Under the pieces are notes generated by a model that saw only the letters and a program-made list of their open reading frames with translations, was not told the origin of the DNA and ran no database searches. Below are positions 1 through 10,656 of a stretch of DNA of 64,000 bases, piece by piece. A program made the position numbers and the translations under genes. Every line of letters begins with the position of its first letter. The first letter of the stretch is position 1. Source of the DNA: a virus; the IMG/VR virus record IMGVR_UViG_3300042349_000876, positions 6,588 through 70,587 of that record, one strand, 5' to 3'.

Positions 1-1
1 T

Positions 2-481
2 TTGATCCCTGCCACAGACAGTGAGATTGGGGGAGTCAAACCAGACGGGGTCACGATAAAAGTAACCACAGACGGTACACTTTCCGCTGTATCTGCAGGT
101 GCCGAGCGGCAAACTGTTAGTGGAACAACTGCCATATTAAATGATGGACAGCTCGGTAACCTAGATATTACAGGGTTTAAGAGTTACGCTTTAATGAAAA
201 TTGAGTGCACAGATTCAGCCTGGGTCAGAATCTACACAGACCCTGCTTCGCGTGCAGCCGACGCCTCTAGAAACATCGGGAATGACCCTTTGCCTGGGAC
301 TGGAGTAATAGCGGAGGCAAACATTGTCTCCCCTAACAGTTCGGTTTCGTTCGCTCCCTTTACTTTGGGGGGTAATCTAGAAAACCCCGTTGGCACAAAA
401 ATTTATCTGGCGGTTCAAAATTTATCTGGAACCTCTAAATCTTTTTCAATTTCTTTGACTATCCTTCCTCTTGAATTCTGA
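2..481 (+). CDS. Tail fibre/virion protein, C-terminal part (probably truncated by window edge)
   Basis: GGVKPDGVTIKVTTDGTLSA fibre-type repeat; C-terminal beta domain (WVRIYTD...R.AD..R); sits in tail cluster. Confidence 0.6.
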   Translation: MIPATDSEIGGVKPDGVTIKVTTDGTLSAVSAGAERQTVSGTTAILNDGQLGNLDITGFKSYALMKIECTDSAWVRIYTDPASRAADASRNIGNDPLPGTGVIAEANIVSPNSSVSFAPFTLGGNLENPVGTKIYLAVQNLSGTSKSFSISLTILPLEF

Positions 482-1908
482 TGGCTATTTCAATTTCTAC
501 ATACACTCTGCCTGTTGGTTTTTCGAGGGCGGATGTTCTAACAAAATTAGAGACCGTGTTTGCTGACTTAGGTTTTCACGGACCTGGAATTACTGGTTTA
601 GCAACGAGCTTGAAAAGTTTCACTGGCGGAGGCACTGTAGCATCTGCGGCCTACGCGTACTACTCCGGAATGAGTGCTTCGGCAACTTCTGGCAGTGGGA
701 AGGGTGCTTCAGTCGATATTACTCGAAACTCCTTAGGTGCTATATCTCAAGTTACGTTGAATTGCCCGGGTCAAGATTACCGGGATAACGACACTATCAC
801 AATTTCAGCAGCAGATATCGGTGGTGCAGGAGCAGGAGCTCAAGACCTGGTTATAACTTTAAACGCAAGTACAACAACTTACGGTAGCCCAACCACTTAC
901 TTTACAAAAGATTACAACCGCAACGACCCTTGGGCCGTAATGCGCATGGAGATGGACGAAACCAAGAAGTATGGTTTCACCTACAGAGGTTTACGTATAG
1001 ATACCAGTAACAGACTAATTTTATCTGTAGGAAGCAGTTTTAACCCGACAACAACAGATTCATACGGGAACCTTGGCTGGGGTTTAGGGGTTTCCTACAG
1101 GGGAGTTAAATTCCTGGATTGCTTGGCGGACCCTAATGACTCAAGAAACAGAATTTATGACGGCCTTGCACAGGCTTATACCGGGGTTTGTTGGTCAACC
1201 AACTCTTTCCCTTTAGATATTATCGTTTACCGATCTGCTTTAGACCCCAATTTTGCAGTAATTTCGTTCTATCAGCCTAATCTGTCCTCAACAAACCTTA
1301 TTGAAAACACTTTTGCTACTTTTACTCTTAACAAATATTCTTCCAACCTTTGGGACCTGGATTATGTATTCCAGGGGGGCCTGAACGTATTTTTCCCAGT
1401 GGTTAATGGCCCTGGGTACAACGTGGGTATTCGCTCAGATTGGGTGTCCCTGGGGTATGGTACTGCCTCTCAGCCTATGAACAGGCTTGCAGAGTTTGGC
1501 TTTGGAAGGTGTCAAACTGGCTCTTACGGGACTTCCTTTTCCGATTCATACTTTTCAAACACATTTACCAACGACCAAGAAAGTAACGATATTCGTGTTT
1601 ATATTAGAGACACTGCTTACGACAATCCCTCCTCTCTTAACTCAAACCAAGAAATAGACCCAAAAACAGATTACCGAGCAGTTATTAAGGGTATTCCGGT
1701 TTCCTCTAAAGTTGCTCCTATACCCTATTATTTCCCTGACGAGTTCGTCATTATTGATTTTGTCCTGAACCAACCTTCACAAAATATTCAGCCTGGGGAT
1801 ACAGTTACTGTTTCAGCTACTGAGGTGTACACCGTTATTACTGGAGGGTACGTCACAAATAAAACTAGCTCGACTTGGGGAGTACTCTTGGCGGCGAGAA
1901 CAACCTGA
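481..1908 (+). CDS. Virion structural/tail-associated protein
   Basis: 475 aa, G/S/T-rich, translationally coupled to neighbours. Confidence 0.55.
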   Translation: MAISISTYTLPVGFSRADVLTKLETVFADLGFHGPGITGLATSLKSFTGGGTVASAAYAYYSGMSASATSGSGKGASVDITRNSLGAISQVTLNCPGQDYRDNDTITISAADIGGAGAGAQDLVITLNASTTTYGSPTTYFTKDYNRNDPWAVMRMEMDETKKYGFTYRGLRIDTSNRLILSVGSSFNPTTTDSYGNLGWGLGVSYRGVKFLDCLADPNDSRNRIYDGLAQAYTGVCWSTNSFPLDIIVYRSALDPNFAVISFYQPNLSSTNLIENTFATFTLNKYSSNLWDLDYVFQGGLNVFFPVVNGPGYNVGIRSDWVSLGYGTASQPMNRLAEFGFGRCQTGSYGTSFSDSYFSNTFTNDQESNDIRVYIRDTAYDNPSSLNSNQEIDPKTDYRAVIKGIPVSSKVAPIPYYFPDEFVIIDFVLNQPSQNIQPGDTVTVSATEVYTVITGGYVTNKTSSTWGVLLAARTT

Positions 1909-2246
1909 TGGCCAACTGGGACCTTGGAATAATTTCACCAACGACACCGTTTTCGTTGGCCTTGCAGTTTTATTCTGTTGCAACTACAAAAGATTACAAC
2001 ATTCTTCCCTCCAACCCTGTGCCACCGCCTACTGTGAACTGGAACCTTAATATCATATCGCCAACAACTTCGTTGAGCAACTCTGCGAAATGGGTTACGG
2101 TGGCAACAACACAGCCAGCGGTTGTCAAACCTTCCAACCCTGTTCCTCCTCAACAGAACTTCCCGTCAGGAGCCAACCAACCAACTTACCGAGGTTGGCT
2201 CTGGGGTAGAAGACCTGTCACAGGTGTACAATACCCGAGAGGGTAA
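1908..2246 (+). CDS. Small virion-associated protein with internal duplication
   Basis: ATG overlaps upstream TGA; NW.L.IISPTT...VATT...PSNPVPP occurs twice. Confidence 0.55.
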   Translation: MANWDLGIISPTTPFSLALQFYSVATTKDYNILPSNPVPPPTVNWNLNIISPTTSLSNSAKWVTVATTQPAVVKPSNPVPPQQNFPSGANQPTYRGWLWGRRPVTGVQYPRG

Positions 2247-2289
2247 TTTTCTAAGCATTCTCAAGTTTATAACACATTTCTCTAGTACC

Positions 2290-4251
2290 ATGTCTGAGCT
2301 AACTGAAGCAAAAATTCTCGCTTTAGCGACCACCAATGAGACAGGTGCGGTCAAACCTGACGGAAAAACCATTGTTGTTTCAGGAGATGGTACTCTTTCT
2401 GCATTAGGGGTTCCTCCTATTTACGAGGTTCTTAAAGAAACTTCAGAAATAGATAGGTTTGATCCAATTTATTGGACAATCGATGGCCCTTTGTCCATGA
2501 GTTTTTGTATCACAAATTACCCGAACGGTATTGAGTCCAGATTCGTTGCCAGAGCAAAAAACGACTTATGTGGTATCACATGGAAAAGCGAAAACACTCT
2601 TGACCACGAGTTAATTGGATACTCCACAAACCGGGATTATAGGGGGTTGGTTTGGACTTTTGATATAGAACTGGCTCCCACATGCCCTGTGCTAAACCAG
2701 GAAGAGCTAGCCCCCGTCATTACAGTGGAAGCTACGGTAAACGGTCAACCCATTGTTTACTACATTGCATTAAAAAATTATGCGGGGCCTGACACAGATA
2801 AACCTGTCAGGAAAGCAACTATAACAATTGATTGGTCGAATGTTCAAGGCGGTTTCTTCCCTGAAATACCGGTCGATGCCAGCAATATTAATGCAATTTT
2901 CTTCTCAGGAGTTGTTTCAGGATATATAGAAAACGACCCAAGCCCCTTACCTGAGCCAGTAGAAGGTTATATCAGATTAACCAATTTTAGACTGTCGGGC
3001 ACAGGGACAAAGCTTTCCTATAAACGGGCATTTCTACCTCCTCATGAATTCGGAATGTCAACCGGTTATGATGACCAGTACAACCTTAATCCGGAGAGGG
3101 TTGTCAGGAATTGTCAACTTTTGGGTTACAGGGGTTGGATCAACCATTATTGTGGCATGAGCCATTACCCTAACACTTTCTGGAATGCCAACGCCAAACG
3201 TTATGTTAATGCCCCTGCCGGAGACGTACCAGGGGTCAATGCAGCTGCAAGACAATGGCACCTGGAATTTGCGAAGGCTTGTAAAAGAGCAAAATATCTA
3301 CTCATTTTTTCTGTAAGTTACGAGTATTTCAGTCTATTCGCCTTAAATGGAGAATCCGGGTTACCGGACTGGATTCAAAGAGACTGGGATGGTAATCCAA
3401 GCGTAACCGGTTACATTCCTCCTAGCCACTTTTTCAGTTTATGTAATAAAGATGCAATGGACTATTTGCATCAAATTTTTGTAGAATTTGCTGAAATATT
3501 GGCAGAGGCAGAGCTTCCAATTTACATGCAAGTCGGAGAACCTTGGTGGTGGTATAACCCAAAAACCAGCCTACCTTGTGTTTATGATTACCCCACTAAG
3601 TTGGCTTTCAACGCTGCTACTGGCCTATATATGCAAGATATGGGCACAATTACGGAGGCCAAATCTCTAACTCAAACTCCATTTCCTGAGATGTACGCTT
3701 TCTTGCGCAAAACTTTAGGAGAAAGTGTGCAAGACTGTAGGGCAGCCATAAAGAAAGTTTATCCTGATGCTAAAGTTTGCCCTTTGATTTTCTTGCCGAC
3801 CATTTTGGATGAATCTTCAGGCATTATGAACTTTATTAACTACCCCGTAGAGCAATATAAGTACCCTAATTTTGAATTTATTATGACCGAGTGCTATGAT
3901 TGGATCACTTCGAACCAGTTGATCAAATCTTATCTTGCTATAGAAAATGCTATACAAGATTTCGAATACCCACCGGAATTGATACAATACTTGGGAGGTT
4001 TTGTGGACATGTTGTTTAACGATATAGCACTGCGTAAAAAGACCTGGCAAAGAATTATAGGTAACTTAAAGAACAACAAAAGGTATAACATTCAAAAACA
4101 ACATATTTGGGCATACCCTCAGGTCATGAGAGATAGCATCACCATTGTGGACGCTAACGACCTGATTTGCTATTATTTTGGTGACGAGTTGATGGTACCT
4201 ATCAGACAAGACGAACGACTGCTTGAATCGGAAGAGCAACTAAAAATCTAA
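2290..4251 (+). CDS. Tail protein with GTA-type TIM-barrel-like domain
   Basis: RFDPIYWTID...DLCGITW...DH..IGY.T.RDYR, GYDD.YNLNPER and QVGEPWWW recall alphaproteobacterial GTA tail proteins; start taken at ATG 2290. Confidence 0.6.
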   Translation: MSELTEAKILALATTNETGAVKPDGKTIVVSGDGTLSALGVPPIYEVLKETSEIDRFDPIYWTIDGPLSMSFCITNYPNGIESRFVARAKNDLCGITWKSENTLDHELIGYSTNRDYRGLVWTFDIELAPTCPVLNQEELAPVITVEATVNGQPIVYYIALKNYAGPDTDKPVRKATITIDWSNVQGGFFPEIPVDASNINAIFFSGVVSGYIENDPSPLPEPVEGYIRLTNFRLSGTGTKLSYKRAFLPPHEFGMSTGYDDQYNLNPERVVRNCQLLGYRGWINHYCGMSHYPNTFWNANAKRYVNAPAGDVPGVNAAARQWHLEFAKACKRAKYLLIFSVSYEYFSLFALNGESGLPDWIQRDWDGNPSVTGYIPPSHFFSLCNKDAMDYLHQIFVEFAEILAEAELPIYMQVGEPWWWYNPKTSLPCVYDYPTKLAFNAATGLYMQDMGTITEAKSLTQTPFPEMYAFLRKTLGESVQDCRAAIKKVYPDAKVCPLIFLPTILDESSGIMNFINYPVEQYKYPNFEFIMTECYDWITSNQLIKSYLAIENAIQDFEYPPELIQYLGGFVDMLFNDIALRKKTWQRIIGNLKNNKRYNIQKQHIWAYPQVMRDSITIVDANDLICYYFGDELMVPIRQDERLLESEEQLKI

Positions 4252-4992
4252 AGAAAGATCTTCTGGGTTCTCTTTTGAAAAACTGCCATACAGTTCCGAA
4301 GGTGTAGCATATCCCCCAGAACCTTTGCTTCTATTACCAGAGGCACAAACCAGAGCGTATTGAGCGTTTTCTTTATGAAAAAGCATCCAAGACACCCATA
4401 AACTTTGGTCTTTAAATTGCTTCGCGGAAGGAGGACCCTTAAGGGTTATGTCCGTATACTTCAACCCTTTGGACAATAAAAAATTGTCTGCGATTTCTGA
4501 AAACGGGGTGCCAACGTGATCCACGTCTGTTCTCATCCCCGGACGGATCTTTTTATTAGTAATGGAGCAAAGGACGGGGAGATTCACTGAATCGCGAAAC
4601 TCTTTCAACTGAGACTGCACGGCATGGCGCATGGCTGATTTAACAGCATTGTAGTGTTTTTCTTCGAGAGTGGCTGTGGTAGCTATTTTCTTTGCCGGGT
4701 AAAGCTGGTCAATCAGCTTCGCTTTGGAGACAGGTTGTTTAACAGTCCCTCTTTCCAGGGATAACATTTTAACCCTTCGGCCACCGGCAAGTTCAACGTA
4801 GCGTAGGTATACTTTAACCTCTGGATCGTACGCTAATTTTTGCCACTGAGAAGAAAGTCTACAAGATCTTAGAATAAAGTCTGCAGATTCTCCTATAATT
4901 CTTGATGATGCTCTATGATTAGAAATAATTCTTCCGAGTTTTTCTTTGTACTCTGTCTTGTTTAAACCAAAAGTTTCTTTAGCCAGGGACAT
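4240..4992 (-). CDS. Putative HNH-like endonuclease
   Basis: C...DVDH...VC..GN.SKG pattern; acidic C-terminus EDLSLDF. Confidence 0.5.
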   Translation of the reverse strand: MSLAKETFGLNKTEYKEKLGRIISNHRASSRIIGESADFILRSCRLSSQWQKLAYDPEVKVYLRYVELAGGRRVKMLSLERGTVKQPVSKAKLIDQLYPAKKIATTATLEEKHYNAVKSAMRHAVQSQLKEFRDSVNLPVLCSITNKKIRPGMRTDVDHVGTPFSEIADNFLLSKGLKYTDITLKGPPSAKQFKDQSLWVSWMLFHKENAQYALVCASGNRSKGSGGYATPSELYGSFSKENPEDLSLDF

Positions 4993-5077
4993 GTTAGTTT
5001 GTTAACGTTACATATTTCTACCCGATTTACCTTGTGTGTCTGACCCTATACTAGGAGAGAACAGTTAAAACAGTTAT

Positions 5078-5461
5078 GTGAGCACCGTAATCCGTAGGCG
5101 AGATGACTTACGATTACTCGAGGGTACCGAAGTTCGGGTCACCGGGAGAGTAAAAGAATTAAGAAAACATGAGAAAAGAAAAGATTTACATTCTTTCTGT
5201 CTCGTCAACGTGTTTGTTACCCCCTTACCCTTGGGAGAGACAATCTACCTTTCCCACATTTTTATACTAAGCAGACAGTTTAAAAAAATTGGCAGAATAC
5301 CTACCTTGAATGAAAGAATCAACTTCATCGCCTCTATTTACAGTTATCGACGTTTGGGAGGTAAATCTCTAGACCGTGGATTATACAACACAACTGACTA
5401 CGGATTGCTCCCAATCAGGTATGAAAATAACAATCACCCGCCACTTCACGAACCAGGGTAA
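5078..5461 (+). CDS. Hypothetical protein (possibly OB-fold)
   Basis: 127 aa ORF after TTTACC/TATACT-like promoter. Confidence 0.5.
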   Translation: MSTVIRRRDDLRLLEGTEVRVTGRVKELRKHEKRKDLHSFCLVNVFVTPLPLGETIYLSHIFILSRQFKKIGRIPTLNERINFIASIYSYRRLGGKSLDRGLYNTTDYGLLPIRYENNNHPPLHEPG

Positions 5462-5648
5462 TCCTTATTACCGGTGGGAGATGTGGGAAGGACCTGACGG
5501 AATCGAACACGTTCAGGGATTCGCTATTGACCTCATTCAAACATTTAGTAAAATAGTAGAGTGGCAAGAACGCATTGGCCACGAGTACTTTTCTGAAACA
5601 AACGAAAATGAAACCTACGGAAACAGAGCTGAAAACGTTCAAGGATGA
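5421..5648 (+). CDS. Hypothetical protein
   Basis: ORF track; ATG 5421; fills gap between genes. Confidence 0.45.
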   Translation: MKITITRHFTNQGNPYYRWEMWEGPDGIEHVQGFAIDLIQTFSKIVEWQERIGHEYFSETNENETYGNRAENVQG

Positions 5649-6228
5649 GGCCACTGCCTGGGCAAAAGAAAGGCTGGCAGATCAAAAAACGGTTGTCATA
5701 GATGTAGAGACGACCGGACTCCTCAGTCAAGACCCGGACACGGAGATCGTTCAACTTTCGATCGTTAATGTTCAAGGCAGACCCTTGCTCTCGATGCTTG
5801 TTAAACCCGCTCAACCAATTCCTGAAGAGGTTAGCAACATTCATAAAATTACAAACGAGCAGGTTTCTGAGCAACCCACATTCCCTCAGATCGCAAAATT
5901 TATCAATTTTGTTTTAGAGGGGAAACACCTGGTTGCATTCAATGCCGACTTCGACATTAAACTGCTTTGGCATCTCTTTAAAAAATACAAAATTTCTCCC
6001 CCTAACATTTCAGGTTCTTCCTGTTGCATGGACAAGTACTCTGAATGGTGCGGGGAATGGAATACCAAGCGTGATGGATTCAAATGGCAACGCCTGCCTC
6101 AATTGTCAGGTATGCCTTCGCATGACGCTTTTGCTGACTGTGTTTCAACTGTCAGGGTGATGGAAAAAATGGCTCAGGGACGTTCCTCTCAAACCATTGA
6201 GGAAGACGAAATTTCCCTGGACTTTTGA
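5608..6228 (+). CDS. DEDDh 3'-5' exonuclease (DnaQ/Pol III epsilon-like)
   Basis: VIDVETTGL (ExoI), AFNADFD (ExoII), HDAFADC (ExoIII). Confidence 0.9.
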   Translation: MKPTETELKTFKDEATAWAKERLADQKTVVIDVETTGLLSQDPDTEIVQLSIVNVQGRPLLSMLVKPAQPIPEEVSNIHKITNEQVSEQPTFPQIAKFINFVLEGKHLVAFNADFDIKLLWHLFKKYKISPPNISGSSCCMDKYSEWCGEWNTKRDGFKWQRLPQLSGMPSHDAFADCVSTVRVMEKMAQGRSSQTIEEDEISLDF

Positions 6229-6277
6229 CTTACTCGTCGACATCGGACCTATACTAAACCGTACTCCAATTACAATA

Positions 6278-6463
6278 ATGGACTCCACTGGAAGGTACGT
6301 AATCAAGTACCAACCCTCAGAAAATCAACACGAATACCTGCAGACTACGATCGAAATGTCTATTTCAGACGAAGCTACCATTCCAGACATGGTTCTGTTT
6401 TTCGATTCGTTTATGAAAGCTGCTGGTTACATCTACGACGGTTCTCTGGCGGTGGTTGAATGA
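6278..6463 (+). CDS. Small hypothetical protein
   Basis: ORF behind TATACT box, coupled to thyX. Confidence 0.5.
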   Translation: MDSTGRYVIKYQPSENQHEYLQTTIEMSISDEATIPDMVLFFDSFMKAAGYIYDGSLAVVE

Positions 6464-7242
6464 AAAATACCAGCCCATGGTTTATCGAAGGTTCAAGCAG
6501 GGCTCGCATGGTATGGGTTACTCCCAACGCCGAAGAGCATATTGCTTATATCGCCAGGGTTTCTAACCCTAAAAATCAAGAAAACGAAAAATTCGAAGGT
6601 CTTCTGAAATATTGCCTCAAACACGGCCATGTGTCAATTTTTGAACAGGCTGCCATGTGTGTAGAGGTAATTACACCTCTGGCAATCGCTACTCAGATGC
6701 TTCGTCACCGGTCATTTTGCTTTCAGCAGTTTTCTCTGCGGTACGCTAGCAACGAAGAGCTGAAAGGAATGCTCGGGGAATACGGTTCTCTTTATTACTT
6801 GCCTGAAGTGGCACGAGAGCAGGACCCGAAAAACCGTCAAAACAGCATCGTAGCTGATGACGCGCACCTCGACGATGTGATGCAAAACACGATGCTCTCT
6901 GCGTACAACGTCGCGGACCTTTGTTATAACGATCTTCTGCAGCGTGGCATCGCGAAAGAAGTGGCCCGTTTCGTGCTCCCGCAAGGTGGATTCACTCGCA
7001 TGTACGTTACAGGCTCTGTTCGCAGCTGGATGCATTACCTTAAGGTCCGTGATGAAGAAGGCGTTGTTCAATGGGAACACGTCGAGCTCGCTCGAGCTAT
7101 CAAAACCTTGTTCTCTCTGCAGTTCCCAACTGTAAGCAAAGCTGTGTTTACAGATGATTCTCTTTCCCTCGAGGAAGAAAATATCGCCCTCAAGGCAGAA
7201 CTCGAAACCCTAAAATCCCTTTTTCATAATAACCGACTGTGA
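6460..7242 (+). CDS. thyX: FAD-dependent thymidylate synthase
   Basis: H.SIFEQ, QMLRHRSFCFQQFSLRY, KEVARFVLP. Confidence 0.95.
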   Translation: MKNTSPWFIEGSSRARMVWVTPNAEEHIAYIARVSNPKNQENEKFEGLLKYCLKHGHVSIFEQAAMCVEVITPLAIATQMLRHRSFCFQQFSLRYASNEELKGMLGEYGSLYYLPEVAREQDPKNRQNSIVADDAHLDDVMQNTMLSAYNVADLCYNDLLQRGIAKEVARFVLPQGGFTRMYVTGSVRSWMHYLKVRDEEGVVQWEHVELARAIKTLFSLQFPTVSKAVFTDDSLSLEEENIALKAELETLKSLFHNNRL

Positions 7243-7460
7243 GCACCCTGACTAAGCAAATGGTTCATGCCTACTGGCACATTCTGGAAGACTACCCTTC
7301 AGAAGAGGGGGATTACGTTGTATGCTTCTTGACTGATGAAGGCGATTACGGTTGGCCTGAAATTTGGCGGTTCGAAAGTAAAGAAGGCTGGCAACCTGTG
7401 TTCGGTCAAGATTACCAAGACCAACCAACTCACTGGTGCCGGTTGCCGATGCCAAAGTGA
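7239..7460 (+). CDS. DUF551-like small phage protein
   Basis: W....P..EG.Y.V...THW..LP.P. Confidence 0.55.
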   Translation: MSTLTKQMVHAYWHILEDYPSEEGDYVVCFLTDEGDYGWPEIWRFESKEGWQPVFGQDYQDQPTHWCRLPMPK

Positions 7461-8425
7461 TGGAAAGGAAAAAATTTGAACAAACTATCGAGCTGGATCT
7501 GAATCCGGCTCCCCTCTGGGTAATTGACTTTAATGTTATGACCCACGATATTCTTTTCTGGTATGAGAATAAAATCGAGGGTTCTTTTTCTAAAGAAGTA
7601 GAAGCTAAACTCGTAAAAGGTATGTGGGCTTTGTATGTTAACCGAGGGCCTCAGTTTCTACCCAGACACGCTTACCGTACAGTTCTAGTTGCAGATTACC
7701 GTGATCCGAAAACTTCTAACTACTGGCGCGACGACTTTATGCGAGAGTCTGAGCAAGTTCAAACTGCTTGGACAGAATACGCCGAAGAGCAAGGAGTTGC
7801 TGTGGACTCCCTACGGACCAATTATAAAGGTACGCGGGGCACTAAGACAGAGGCTTTCTTCTTTGTTTACAACATCGGCAAAGAGTATTGCCAGCAATAC
7901 TTCCCGTGGTATTGGATCCTTGGCTACGAGGCTGACGACCTTGCGGGATCAATTGCTCGACTCAGTCGATCATCTGAAAAGCAAAAAATAATCAGGAAAC
8001 GTCAAATTTTGTTGCACACATGCGACAGGGATTGGTGTCAACTTGTTGATGATGAGAATAAAATTTATTTCTCAAATTCACGACTATGCCGTCCTAGAGA
8101 GAAAATTCAAGAGCAGCTACAAAAAGAAGAAGGTATTCTTGAATGGGTTGAGCATAAAATGGGAGTCAAAATTAATCACCCGTCTGAATTGGCTCCTCAC
8201 AAAGCGGAGCAAGGAGACATGGGAGATAATGCTGTAAAAGGTAGTCCCATTGAACTGTTCGATTTGATTCACCCTCACCCTAAATGGAACGTGGATGAGT
8301 TGTTATGGACAGAAGGTTTTCTTGAGTGCATGAACAACCCTGAGGCTAACACAAGAAACGACCACTTCGAGCAGACTTTACGTCAATTCTCGAAAATTTA
8401 CTTGGACGTCCCTATCAAGGTATGA
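7460..8425 (+). CDS. 5'-3' exonuclease / flap endonuclease (T4 RNase H-like)
   Basis: VIDFN, YWR, NYKGTR, YEADDL, DRDW.QL, GDMGDN. Confidence 0.85.
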   Translation: MERKKFEQTIELDLNPAPLWVIDFNVMTHDILFWYENKIEGSFSKEVEAKLVKGMWALYVNRGPQFLPRHAYRTVLVADYRDPKTSNYWRDDFMRESEQVQTAWTEYAEEQGVAVDSLRTNYKGTRGTKTEAFFFVYNIGKEYCQQYFPWYWILGYEADDLAGSIARLSRSSEKQKIIRKRQILLHTCDRDWCQLVDDENKIYFSNSRLCRPREKIQEQLQKEEGILEWVEHKMGVKINHPSELAPHKAEQGDMGDNAVKGSPIELFDLIHPHPKWNVDELLWTEGFLECMNNPEANTRNDHFEQTLRQFSKIYLDVPIKV

Positions 8426-8471
8426 ACCACAAAGGCCAGGGTAAAACCTTTTATAGAGCTCTCAAGAATAA

Positions 8472-9137
8472 ATGGACTCGGCTTTCAGTGCCAAATATCT
8501 ATCAATGGCTCGGCTTCTTTGGGAAGCAAGTGAGGGCAACCCTGGTCTTATTCCTCAACATTACGCTGATCACCTTAACTATCAGTATAATGATGGGGAT
8601 ATCTCTATGGGGTCTCTACTCCCTAAATTTGATGATTACGAAGGGTTAGAGCCTGAGGAAATTGAGGAAGCAATAGAATTACTTGGTAAAGTCAGTCCGG
8701 AGGATTGGCCCGAATTAGAATATATAGAATCCGTAAATGTCGAAGAATTTCTCAATTCTTCTGCCAATTCATCTAATCTCAATCTTTTTGACTACGTTGA
8801 AGACAATCTTGGACTAGGAGAAAAAGTAACTAATGTTCTCAAGCACACCATAGAAAGTGTGTTTGGAGAACCAATATCAACTGTTCGCTCAAAGAGCGGA
8901 GAGTTTCCTAATTCAGATAATAACTTTTTGCAAGAGACAGATGGAACTTTTTCAGGGGTTTTTAGGTTTGATGATAAAGAATTTAATTTCGAAATTACTC
9001 CTACAGAGTCAGGATGGGTTTGCACTTACCGTATGTCGGCAAAGTCCTTAGATTCGCTTCCCCCTCTGCCTAAGACAGAAACCGAAAAAGACAAAAAACA
9101 GATTGAGTACCGCAAAACCAGAGCGAGGGGTTGGTAA
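8472..9137 (+). CDS. Acidic hypothetical protein, paralog of 36136-36759
   Basis: Shares LWEA..G....IP..Y...L...Y..G..SM and N..NN.L...DG..FSGVF. Confidence 0.55.
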   Translation: MDSAFSAKYLSMARLLWEASEGNPGLIPQHYADHLNYQYNDGDISMGSLLPKFDDYEGLEPEEIEEAIELLGKVSPEDWPELEYIESVNVEEFLNSSANSSNLNLFDYVEDNLGLGEKVTNVLKHTIESVFGEPISTVRSKSGEFPNSDNNFLQETDGTFSGVFRFDDKEFNFEITPTESGWVCTYRMSAKSLDSLPPLPKTETEKDKKQIEYRKTRARGW

Positions 9138-9138
9138 T

Positions 9139-10599
9139 ATGGCAGTATTTCAAGGAGGCAGGGTCCCAGTCATCGGTGTGCCTTTAAGTAATATACGGGA
9201 CTTCGCGTCTACCTCTAGCTCAGCAGCTTTCGGCAACGTTCTTGGTGCCACAGCTTTATCGGGAGCGGTGTCCACCCTGGGTTCAACTGTTCTAAACGTT
9301 GGACTAAGTCAAGCCCTAGGTGAAACCATTTCATCGAGTTTGGGACTTAATATTGCAAATGGTAACCAAATTCTGTACTCTCAGATTTCTGGTTACCTGT
9401 CAAGTCAAACAAATAACTATATAAACCAACAACTAGCAAGGTCATTACCTCAACTTCCAGGTTTTGGTGCTGCAGTATCCTCCATAGTCAGTCAAGGTGT
9501 TCAAAATATTGCCGGTAGTATTCTTCCTGGGTTCGGCAGCCAAAATACATTCTTTGGGGACACTGGACCCTCAAAAAGTTTTCCGGGTGGAGGCAGTGAA
9601 CCTGTAGCCGATTATGGTGGTGCTGCCTTTACCCTGGGTCCTTCAGGGGGTGATGTAGTTTTCAGTATAGTCCCGGCTGCTTCAGGTCCCTCCCTGTTGT
9701 CAGACCCTTTGTCTTCAGGATTTTCTACCCCTATTAAAGCTGGGTTTAATCAAATTGCAGGTAATTCTGGTTTATCTGGGCTTTATTCAACAAAAATCGA
9801 CCAGCAAAATATAGATAAACTCTATAAGATACAGCCTAACACGAACTTCTCCTTAACAACAGCGGATGTTCAAGCTTCGTATTGGAAACCCACCACTCTA
9901 CAACCAAACTTTTCTATTTCAGGCAAGTCAAACGAATCTCTTTTCAGCGCATTTGGTCAAGCTTCTGGCTGGAGTTTTATTTGTTCTCCCGAGACTATAG
10001 AGTGGACCACGAACGCTGCAAGTGATCGCGTGCCCATCTTTGGGACCAACCGTCCTCCAGTTGTCGTGGGGACCAAAGGAATGCGCGACTTAACCCTGGG
10101 TGGTGCACTTGTTGAAGGTTTCATGAGAAATAAAGCCATCGAACAAAAAATCATAGCACTGGAAGAACTATTTCAGTACACACAAGGAAAAGGTTTCGTC
10201 AACGTTCCTGTCTTTCACGTTCAAGCCAACAGTAAAAAATACGGTGGCTCAGAAGGCGGTTATTTCGTGATTAGCGAACTCAAGGTTAAAGAAACCATGA
10301 GAGACCTGAGAGGTGAAGCAACTAGAGCTTTCGTGGATGTTTCTTTCATGCAGGTGCCTGAGTATCAAGTAGGGTCAGGTAGGGATCAATCTTCTTTAGC
10401 AACTAATTCTGTACTTACAGGTGCTTTGGGTGCCAGTGGTGTAACTAACCAGGCAAATCAAGTTAAGAATAATACAGCAGGGGTCAACGCCCCTTCACCG
10501 CAAGTGGCTCGCACCTCAGCTGGCGTAACCAGGCCGGGTGCCGCTATCAACCCCCTCTCATTACCTGCTCTACCACCTCCTCCTGGCTTCAGTAGATAA
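9139..10599 (+). CDS. Putative tail/baseplate protein
   Basis: G/S-rich N-terminus; C-terminal domain (GYFVISELKVKE.MRDL.G...RAFVDVSF) resembles tail tube-initiator proteins; precedes tape measure. Confidence 0.5.
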   Translation: MAVFQGGRVPVIGVPLSNIRDFASTSSSAAFGNVLGATALSGAVSTLGSTVLNVGLSQALGETISSSLGLNIANGNQILYSQISGYLSSQTNNYINQQLARSLPQLPGFGAAVSSIVSQGVQNIAGSILPGFGSQNTFFGDTGPSKSFPGGGSEPVADYGGAAFTLGPSGGDVVFSIVPAASGPSLLSDPLSSGFSTPIKAGFNQIAGNSGLSGLYSTKIDQQNIDKLYKIQPNTNFSLTTADVQASYWKPTTLQPNFSISGKSNESLFSAFGQASGWSFICSPETIEWTTNAASDRVPIFGTNRPPVVVGTKGMRDLTLGGALVEGFMRNKAIEQKIIALEELFQYTQGKGFVNVPVFHVQANSKKYGGSEGGYFVISELKVKETMRDLRGEATRAFVDVSFMQVPEYQVGSGRDQSSLATNSVLTGALGASGVTNQANQVKNNTAGVNAPSPQVARTSAGVTRPGAAINPLSLPALPPPPGFSR

Positions 10600-10656
10600 C
10601 GTAATAGATCCTAAGGGTAAAAAATTATAACACGGGCTTGAAGCTGAGAACATCCT

